A DNA stretch of 32,000 nt, from assembly GCF_000011805.1 (NCBI RefSeq), contig NC_006841.2. The stretch is one strand, 5' to 3'. This document shows, in pieces, positions 26,187 through 32,000 of this stretch. The notes below the pieces were generated by a model. The model ran no database searches. It had not been told where the DNA came from and was given only the letters and a program-made list of their open reading frames with translations. The translations under genes and the position numbers were made by a program. How positions within the stretch are numbered: the first letter of the stretch is position 1; each line of letters starts with the position of its first letter. The stretch comes from Aliivibrio fischeri ES114. Lineage in GTDB: Bacteria; Pseudomonadota; Gammaproteobacteria; Enterobacterales; Vibrionaceae.

Positions 26187-26704
26187 GATATACAATTCCA
26201 TTATGAGTAATTTAATTTCGAATCTGGAATTACAATACGAAACTTTTTTGACTTTACAAATTAAGTAAATTCGCAATTTTGCTCTAAATCACACTTATTT
26301 TTATATTTTGCGGTATAAATTATTTTAATGCGATTCACGTCAACTTATAACAGAATGCAATTCCATTTATTTATTAAAAATATAATTATCATTATGTGAT
26401 TCAAAGCACATTTACTGTTAAGTTGGTAATTATCAATACAAAACTTTACGACAAGCACTGCATATAATTGGTGTTAATAGACTTAATTCACTTTGAAATA
26501 AAGTTTTACAACTATATGAAATTTTATTCCAAAATAACTCAATTATATTCATAAATTAATTTAACTCACTCCGTAATCGATTGCTATCTCAATTCAAAAG
26601 AAAACAGATGTAAGCGTAACTACTTTAAGAGAGTTACATCACTAAAATAATTTCAATAAATCACTATTATTACTAATTAGCAAACAGACAACACAGGCAA
26701 AGTT

Positions 26705-27184
26705 ATGAGCACATTGATTGCAATCGCAATTACTACAGGTATTCTTTCAGGAGTTTGGGGCTGGGTAGCCATAAGCTTAGGTTTATTAAGTTGGGCGGGG
26801 TTTTTAGGATGTACTACCTACTTCGCCTCCCCTATTGATGGCATTAAAGGTATTGGATTAAGTATTGCGACTAATTTAAGTGGTGTTTTCTGGGCTATGG
26901 TAATCATAAAATTATCATCCATGATGAGCTTAGAGATCATTGGTTATATCATTACTGCCATTGTTGCCTTCTTTATGTGTGCTCAAGCTAAAAAATCATG
27001 GCTAAGCTTTATTCCTGGTACATTTATTGGTTCTTGCGCTACTTTTGCTTCCAATGGTAATTGGCAACTTGTTATTCCATCACTAGTTTTGGGTGTTATA
27101 TTTGCTTATGCGATGAAAACATCTGGTTTATGGTTAAAAGAAAAATTAGAAACAAACAAATTAATTGAAGCCAATAAAAATTAG
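26705..27184 (+). CDS. Small inner-membrane protein, DUF1097 (YcdZ)-like
   Basis: 159 aa with 4-5 hydrophobic helices. N-terminus MSTLIAIAITTGILSGVWGWVAISLG resembles my recollection of YcdZ-type proteins. The family call is unverified. Confidence 0.5.
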   Translation: MSTLIAIAITTGILSGVWGWVAISLGLLSWAGFLGCTTYFASPIDGIKGIGLSIATNLSGVFWAMVIIKLSSMMSLEIIGYIITAIVAFFMCAQAKKSWLSFIPGTFIGSCATFASNGNWQLVIPSLVLGVIFAYAMKTSGLWLKEKLETNKLIEANKN

Positions 27185-27216
27185 TCACACCAACACTATT
27201 CATTAGATACAAAAAA

Positions 27217-27251
27217 GCCTCTTACTTATGCGAGTAGTAAGAGGCTTTTTT
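27217..27251 (+). terminator. Rho-independent terminator of the DUF1097-like gene
   Basis: GCCTCTTACT (27217..27226) / AGTAAGAGGC (27236..27245), followed by TTTTTT (27246..27251). Confidence 0.8.
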
Positions 27252-27283
27252 ATTTATTTTTCATTATACAATAACTCAAATGC

Positions 27284-27318
27284 AAAAACGCCGCTTGATA
27301 TAACTATCAAGCGGCGTT
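27284..27318 (-). terminator. Rho-independent terminator of the tRNA operon
   Basis: On the minus strand the stem is AACGCCGCTTGATA / TATCAAGCGGCGTT (14 bp; 27287..27300 / 27305..27318), followed by TTTTT (rc of 27284..27288). It lies 9 nt after the tRNA-Asn 3' end. Confidence 0.85.
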
Positions 27319-27326
27319 CTTAAATG

Positions 27327-27402
27327 TGGCTCCCTTTGCTGGACTTGAACCAGCGACATACGGATTAACAGTCCGCCGTTCTACCGACTGAACTAAAAGG
27401 GA
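27327..27402 (-). tRNA. tRNA-Asn (GUU)
   Basis: The reverse complement reads TCCCTTTTAGTTCAGTCGGTAGAACGGCGGACTGTTAATCCGTATGTCGCTGGTTCAAGTCCAGCAAAGGGAGCCA. It folds as a full cloverleaf with anticodon loop CTGTTAA and an encoded CCA. Confidence 0.95.
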
Positions 27403-27430
27403 ACAGATTGTCTCTCATAAAGAGAAAAGA

Positions 27431-27506
<76 letters not shown>

Positions 27507-27553
27507 ACACTTTATCTTTTTACTATCAAGCTACAAGCTCAACAGTGTAATAG

Positions 27554-27644
27554 TGGCGGAGGGATAGGGATTTGAACCCTAGAAGGGCTATTAACCCTTG
27601 CCGGTTTTCAAGACCGGTGCTTTCGACCACTCAGCCATCCCTCC
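27554..27644 (-). tRNA. tRNA-Ser (UGA), long variable arm
   Basis: The reverse complement reads GGAGGGATGGCTGAGTGGTCGAAAGCACCGGTCTTGAAAACCGGCAAGGGTTAATAGCCCTTCTAGGGTTCAAATCCCTATCCCTCCGCCA. Anticodon loop is CTTGAAA. Class II variable arm, encoded CCA. Confidence 0.95.
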
Positions 27645-27687
27645 GCAGGACTATCTGAAGCAATTGCCTCATCAAGTGATGGTGCGC

Positions 27688-27715
27688 ATTATAGAGAAAA
27701 TGAGATCGGGCGCAA
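27688..27715 (-). promoter_or_regulatory. Sigma70 promoter of the tRNA Ser-Thr-Asn operon
   Basis: On the minus strand: TTGCGC (-35, rc of 27710..27715), a 16-nt spacer, then TATAAT (-10, rc of 27688..27693), followed by a GC-rich discriminator GCGCACC. An A/T-rich UP-like tract lies upstream (27717..27735). It is about 40 nt upstream of the tRNA-Ser 5' end. Confidence 0.7.
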
Positions 27716-27802
27716 GTGTTTTTTGAAAAAAAATGTTCGTTTGATTAAAAATAAAGCGAAGTGACTAAATTTAAGCAAATTTGAACAAATAACCTTCATT
27801 TA

Positions 27803-28702
27803 TCAAATGGTTATTGTTGATACACAATTTCTTCCTTGTTTTTTTGCTTTATATAACTGCTGATCCGTAATTTCTAACAGGTAAGGTATCGGCTGAATTT
27901 GTTCTGCATTAATCAAAGTAGCGCCAACACTAATACTTATTCTTTTATGAAATGAAAAGTCATGAGTGATATTCAAATCATAGATACATTGACGTAGTAA
28001 TTCCGCTGTTTGCCTTAATTGCTCAAGGTCAGTATCGAATTGAATTAAAATAAACTCTTCTCCACCGTATCGGTAAACTCTATCTGTTTTTCTTTGTAAG
28101 GTTTTCATTAACGCTTTCGCGACTCTAACAAGCACCTCATCCCCAGCAGAGTGTCCATAGTTATCGTTATAGAGTTTAAAATGGTCAATATCAAACATGA
28201 TTAAACTAAAATTAGCCTGTAATCGTTGGCTTTCGGCCCATCGATTTTCTAAATCAAAATCAAACATACGACGATTGAGCAAATTAGTTAATCCATCTAA
28301 AGATGCATGTTTTTCTAATAAATCCGATTTGAGCTTAAGCGCTAACTGATTACGAATACGTTTTTGTAAAATAACAGCGTGAAATGGTTTAGTTACAAAA
28401 TCAACAGCACCAAGATCTAAGGCACGAATTTCATCTTCCGTAGATTGATTCACAGTAATCACAATAATGGGAATGTCTTTCGTTGTTTCACTATTTTTAA
28501 GTTTTTCTATTACCTCAAACCCTCCCATGATAGGCATATGAATATCCAATAACACCAAGTCGATACGTTCTTGGTGAATAACATCAAGAGCTTCCTGTCC
28601 ATTTGTAACTGAAATACATGTGAATGCCTTTAATAACCGCTGCAGTACAAGACGGCTCACAGGTTCATCTTCTGCAATTAAAATTTTTTGGTCAGTTAAC
28701 AT
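27803..28702 (-). CDS. Response regulator with REC-GGDEF architecture (PleD/WspR-like diguanylate cyclase)
   Basis: 299 aa. REC domain: ILIAEDEPVSR..., phospho-acceptor context DLVLLDIHMPIMGG, and ...VTKPF. GGDEF domain with an intact GGEEF active site, and an RxxD I-site exactly 5 residues upstream (RKTDRVYRYGGEEF). Confidence 0.9.
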   Translation of the reverse strand: MLTDQKILIAEDEPVSRLVLQRLLKAFTCISVTNGQEALDVIHQERIDLVLLDIHMPIMGGFEVIEKLKNSETTKDIPIIVITVNQSTEDEIRALDLGAVDFVTKPFHAVILQKRIRNQLALKLKSDLLEKHASLDGLTNLLNRRMFDFDLENRWAESQRLQANFSLIMFDIDHFKLYNDNYGHSAGDEVLVRVAKALMKTLQRKTDRVYRYGGEEFILIQFDTDLEQLRQTAELLRQCIYDLNITHDFSFHKRISISVGATLINAEQIQPIPYLLEITDQQLYKAKKQGRNCVSTITI

Positions 28703-28868
28703 ACATCACCAACTTCCATAGTAAGAACCTCTGCTTTATTGATACCATAATTTTCATAGAAAGAATGTGATTCATAAAAAGAAATCTTAACCTATTGTTT
28801 ATAAATGATATGTTTTTTATTATTTATCTTCTATAGTTAAAATATATAAAATCAATGGGTGAGTAATA

Positions 28869-29198
28869 GTGATTAATATTAGCATATTAGAAGAAATGTT
28901 TGATGGCGATAAAGATATACTCCGCCAATTGTTCGAACTCTATCTAGAAGAGCACTCAACACTTTCAGATACAATAAATGAACAATATAAAAACAATAAG
29001 TTACCTGAATTATTTCGCACTTTTCATACCCTTTATGGGGCATTAAGCAATTTATGTGAAGAAGATATTTTACCTTTAATTAAAGCAATTGAAGCCAATG
29101 CCAAAAACCATGAGACACCGCCTCAACACTCTATAGATTCAGTAATAGCTGAACTAGCGAAAATAAAACAACAAATGACAGATTATTTAAATGATTAG
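28869..29198 (+). CDS. Stand-alone histidine phosphotransfer (Hpt) protein
   Basis: 109 aa from GTG 28869, with GGGTGAG upstream (an alternative ATG is at 28896). Four-helix-type sequence with the Hpt signature context FRTFHTLYGALSNL (compare HxLKGxxxxxG). Confidence 0.7.
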   Translation: MINISILEEMFDGDKDILRQLFELYLEEHSTLSDTINEQYKNNKLPELFRTFHTLYGALSNLCEEDILPLIKAIEANAKNHETPPQHSIDSVIAELAKIKQQMTDYLND

Positions 29199-29204
29199 CA
29201 TAAA

Positions 29205-29235
29205 TTCTCCCATACCTCTTAACGATATGGGAGAA
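29205..29235. terminator. Shared hairpin between the converging Hpt and EAL genes
   Basis: TTCTCCCATA (29205..29214) / TATGGGAGAA (29226..29235), a 10-bp perfect stem with an 11-nt loop. On the minus strand it is followed by TTTATG. A second 7-bp stem, TATGACT/AGTCATA, lies at 29244..29268. Confidence 0.5.
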
Positions 29236-29268
29236 GAGTCGCATATGACTTATAACTGAGCAGTCATA

Positions 29269-30849
29269 CTAAGCAATAGCTGACATTTTTTCCCTTTCAA
29301 TTAACTTTAATGACCAATTTATAATACTATCAATATCTTGAGGTTTACTAATATAATAACCCTGCACATAATCACAGCCTAATTCTTGTAATTCAGCAAA
29401 CAAATGTTCATCTTCTACCCCTTCGGCTACCACATTACAGCCCAAACTATGTGCAAGATAAATCGTCGATGCCACTATTGCATAGTCACTATTACCAACA
29501 GCCATATTCCTAATAAATGATTGGTCAATTTTAATTTGATTAAATGCCAATATTCTTAACAAGGATAAAGAGGAGTACCCTGTACCGAAATCATCAATAC
29601 TGATATAAAAACCCAACTCTGACAATTTAGATAACATCAAATAGGCTGCATCTACATCAGACATTAACGCACTTTCCGTGACTTCTAAAATCATACTCGA
29701 TGGTTCAAGATGCTTATTTACTACCATATCAAATAATTGGTTATACAAATCATCATCATATAGGTCCAATGTGGAGATATTGATATGAACTTGAAAGTTT
29801 AAATTATCGTTCTTTAATCGAATAATATCTGAAGCTACTTGACTCACAACCCACTGAGTGATGCCTTTGATATAATTGTTTTTTTCAGCAATTGAAATGA
29901 ATTTATCTGGAGGGATCATACTGCCATCTTTTTGTGGCCAACGGATCAGCGCTTCATAACCATGTAGAGTTTTATCTATACTATTTACAATAGGTTGATA
30001 ATAAAGCTCAAATTCTTTATTCGGAATAGCATGAACTAATTTACTCAAAATATCGACTTCATCATTAATAGATTGCGCATAATTTTCTGAATAAAAATCA
30101 ATAACTAAACCCAGTTTTTTCGCTTTGTAACAAGCAATATCTACTCGTTTAAGCATTTCATCCGCATTATCAATATCATTCGAGTAGATCACATTACCTA
30201 TAATTGGCTGTAATATGAAATTTTTACCTTTCATTTTAATAGGTTGAATGAGTAGTTCATACACCTCTAAAGCAATATTGTTAATTTTGTCCTTATTCGT
30301 TAAATTTCCAATAATTATAATTTCATTAGTATCGTAAAAAATAGACACATTCCTATCATTACGATGCTTCTTAACTAATAGGGATGCATAAGATAAAATG
30401 CTATTAAATGTTTTATCCGATGAATACTCAATTAGTGTTCTATAATTTTGTATTTTAATCTTTGTTAAGTTAAATAAATCACCATTATTAATTTTATCTT
30501 CAATAAGAGTTTTATATATTTTTACTTTATTAGTTATGACTTCTATTTCATCATTATTAGATACCGTTTTAGCTATCTTGTTTGTTATCAAAATAAAAAT
30601 GAATGCTAATTGAGTGAAAAAAGTAACACTAATTAACATCGAGATATCTACATAGTCTTTTAGTCCCTTTTCTAAAAGCATATTTTCAATATATACAAAT
30701 CCAATAAAATATATGAATAAAAGTATATAAGTTAATATTCTCTTTGATAGTTCATTATTCTTAACAAGATCATAAATTCCTTTAGATAACAAAACTAAAG
30801 AAACAACATTAGCAAACAACAACAATTTTAAAATAACGCCATCATCCAT
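29269..30849 (-). CDS. Membrane-anchored degenerate-GGDEF/EAL protein, predicted c-di-GMP phosphodiesterase
   Basis: 526 aa. About three N-terminal TM helices. The middle domain has a GGDEF fold, but the active-site position reads DTNEI (SIFYDTNEIIIIG) while the ...DIACYKAKKLG tail is retained. The EAL domain has all signature elements: ELYYQPIV, YEALIRW, HINIS, LEVTES, DDFGTGYSSL, KIDQSF, EGVEDE, QGYY. Confidence 0.9.
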   Translation of the reverse strand: MDDGVILKLLLFANVVSLVLLSKGIYDLVKNNELSKRILTYILLFIYFIGFVYIENMLLEKGLKDYVDISMLISVTFFTQLAFIFILITNKIAKTVSNNDEIEVITNKVKIYKTLIEDKINNGDLFNLTKIKIQNYRTLIEYSSDKTFNSILSYASLLVKKHRNDRNVSIFYDTNEIIIIGNLTNKDKINNIALEVYELLIQPIKMKGKNFILQPIIGNVIYSNDIDNADEMLKRVDIACYKAKKLGLVIDFYSENYAQSINDEVDILSKLVHAIPNKEFELYYQPIVNSIDKTLHGYEALIRWPQKDGSMIPPDKFISIAEKNNYIKGITQWVVSQVASDIIRLKNDNLNFQVHINISTLDLYDDDLYNQLFDMVVNKHLEPSSMILEVTESALMSDVDAAYLMLSKLSELGFYISIDDFGTGYSSLSLLRILAFNQIKIDQSFIRNMAVGNSDYAIVASTIYLAHSLGCNVVAEGVEDEHLFAELQELGCDYVQGYYISKPQDIDSIINWSLKLIEREKMSAIA

Positions 30850-30895
30850 ATAAATACAACCTCAACATATCCATGACATTAAATATGAAACAATA

Positions 30896-31780
30896 TCAAC
30901 CCAGTGCTATTTCTAAATCCAATTTGTTTTTCTTAAAAATAGTATTCAACTTAATGAGTGTTTCAGATTGTATTTGTCGAACTCTTTCTTTTGATAAATC
31001 CAGATCTTTACCTAAATCCTCTAATGTCTTAACTTTACATCCAAACAACCCATAGCGATTGATGATGATCTCTTTCTCTCTGTAATTTAAAGAATCAATC
31101 CAAGACGACAAATTCATTTCTAAGTTATTTTGAGATAAAGAACTATCAGGCTCTAATGCTTTATTATTTGATGAAAGTTCAAAAAACTTCGGAGACAACT
31201 CATCACTACATGCAGAATGGCAAGTCAGTTGGTTAGGTATCAAACTTATAATCTTACTTACTTTAATTTGTTCTTCTTCACAGTAAGTCGAAATGTCTCT
31301 AATAGAAGGTTCACGTTTTAATGATTTAGATAACTCACGAGCTGCTCTAAGGTAAGTATTTAGCTCTTTAGTTATATGGACAGGAAGACGAACAGTTCTA
31401 GAATGATTAAACAACGCACTTTCAATGGATTCTCGAATCCACCAAACAGCATAAGTTGAAAAGCGATACCCTAATTCGGGATTAAATTTATCAATTGCTT
31501 TGATTAATCCCAAATTACCTTCTTCAATAATGTCTAAAATTGCTAAATCAGTCTGGTTTCTTTTTCGATATTTATTCGCAACTTTAACAACAAGCCTCAG
31601 ATTTGATTCAATTAATGTATTCCTTGCTGAAACATCCCCTTTTTTATAAAGTCGACTATAGGCCAACTCCTCTTCTGCAGTAAGTAACTGATAGCGATTT
31701 ATTTCCTTTAAATATAAAGAATATGAATCGTTTAAACCCTGTTCTTCGCAGACTCTCATATCTAACTTTGCATAAGCCAT
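30896..31780 (-). CDS. Short RpoS-like group-2 sigma-70 factor (second, RpoS-paralogous sigma; resembles what has been called RpoQ/RpoX in Vibrionaceae)
   Basis: 294 aa. AAGGA lies 6 nt upstream. Regions 1.2-2.4 nearly parallel RpoS: YLKEINRYQLLTAEEE, IESNLRLVVKVANKY, IEEGNLGLIKAIDKFNPELGYRFSTYAVWWIRESIE, RTVRLPVHITKELN. Region 4.2 reads TLEDLGKDLDLSKERVRQIQSETLIKL. The N-terminus is about 35-40 aa shorter than E. coli RpoS, and the region 3-4 linker is divergent. Confidence 0.85.
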   Translation of the reverse strand: MAYAKLDMRVCEEQGLNDSYSLYLKEINRYQLLTAEEELAYSRLYKKGDVSARNTLIESNLRLVVKVANKYRKRNQTDLAILDIIEEGNLGLIKAIDKFNPELGYRFSTYAVWWIRESIESALFNHSRTVRLPVHITKELNTYLRAARELSKSLKREPSIRDISTYCEEEQIKVSKIISLIPNQLTCHSACSDELSPKFFELSSNNKALEPDSSLSQNNLEMNLSSWIDSLNYREKEIIINRYGLFGCKVKTLEDLGKDLDLSKERVRQIQSETLIKLNTIFKKNKLDLEIALG

Positions 31781-32000
31781 AACATATCCTTGTACCTAGC
31801 TGTTTTATATCTCTAGCTATTTTATATTTATTGTTATCAACTGTTTTTCAGTTGTAAATAAACTATGGTATAAAGACTAACAAGCGGCAATACCGTAAAT
31901 TAATTTTCATAAAAAAAAATAAAGATTTGTTATTAAGATCACAAGTAATTTAATTAAATTCTCACATATAAGACGACAATATATTGACACATAACTACTT

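Noticed and set aside
26187-26276. Longer N-terminal extensions offered by the ORF track: GH20 from 26276, maturase from 6995, DUF2264-like from 4026, agaA from 14672, EIID from 16117.
   Set aside because: In each case an internal ATG has a proper Shine-Dalgarno and yields a canonical N-terminus: a lipoprotein signal MFKKTLL...LAGC, a radical-SAM N-terminus, or translational coupling such as TAATATG. The upstream extensions encode implausible leader sequences.
26187-26704. Possible c-di-GMP (GEMM-I) or other riboswitch in the long non-coding region, or upstream of the signalling genes (28703..28868, 31781..32000).
   Set aside because: I found only a short ACAGGCAAAG resemblance at about 26692. 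I could not find the paired P1/P2 helices or the conserved GGCAAAC...ACGCAAAGC elements. An Infernal/Rfam scan would be needed to exclude it formally.
31826-31860. LitR/LuxR(TetR-type) quorum-sensing box upstream of the RpoS-like sigma gene, around the dyad CAACTG-TTTTT-CAGTTG (31838..31854).
   Set aside because: Only one half (TTATCAA) resembles the remembered TATTGATAAA-TTTATCAATA-type consensus, and the other half is poor. The dyad itself is just 6 bp in very AT-rich DNA, so it could be chance.

Overview
This window is AT-rich gammaproteobacterial DNA. The gene content suggests Vibrionaceae, perhaps Aliivibrio or Photobacterium, but I cannot verify that without a search. There are three blocks.

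(1) 1..2264: the 5' ~90% of a Tat-exported TorA/TorZ-type molybdoenzyme gene on the minus strand. It is absent from the ORF track because the frame stays open to the window edge.

(2) ~2.4..26.2 kb: a large carbohydrate locus that I read as a sulfated glycosaminoglycan (chondroitin/hyaluronan-type) utilisation system.
- Exported components: a PL8 lyase, two Cys-type sulfatases (one Sec, one Tat-lipoprotein), a KdgM-family porin and a GH20 hexosaminidase lipoprotein. A cytoplasmic radical-SAM sulfatase maturase serves the sulfatases.
- A ~10 kb minus-strand operon: agaR-kbaZ-agaS-PTS(IIB,IIC,IID,IIA)-agaA-kduI-kduD-GH88/105 hydrolase.
- An unexplained cytoplasmic DUF2264-like protein.
- A Fur-box-preceded FTR1/EfeU-type iron permease embedded in the locus.
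- Repeated CTTTCG-containing motifs in both divergent promoter regions, which suggest one AgaR-type regulon.

(3) ~26.7..32 kb: a DUF1097-like membrane protein, a tRNA Ser-Thr-Asn operon with a textbook promoter and terminator, and a more AT-rich signalling module. The module holds a REC-GGDEF, an orphan Hpt, a TM-degenerate GGDEF-EAL and a short RpoS-like alternative sigma factor.

I saw no CRISPR array, transposase, integrase or rRNA.

The most interesting hypotheses are:
- The mannose-family PTS imports unsaturated GAG disaccharides in a Gram-negative.
- The DUF2264-like protein has a role in this pathway.
- The sigma/c-di-GMP/Hpt module forms one regulatory unit.

All family calls rest on motifs read by eye and remembered homologues. 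No database search was run.
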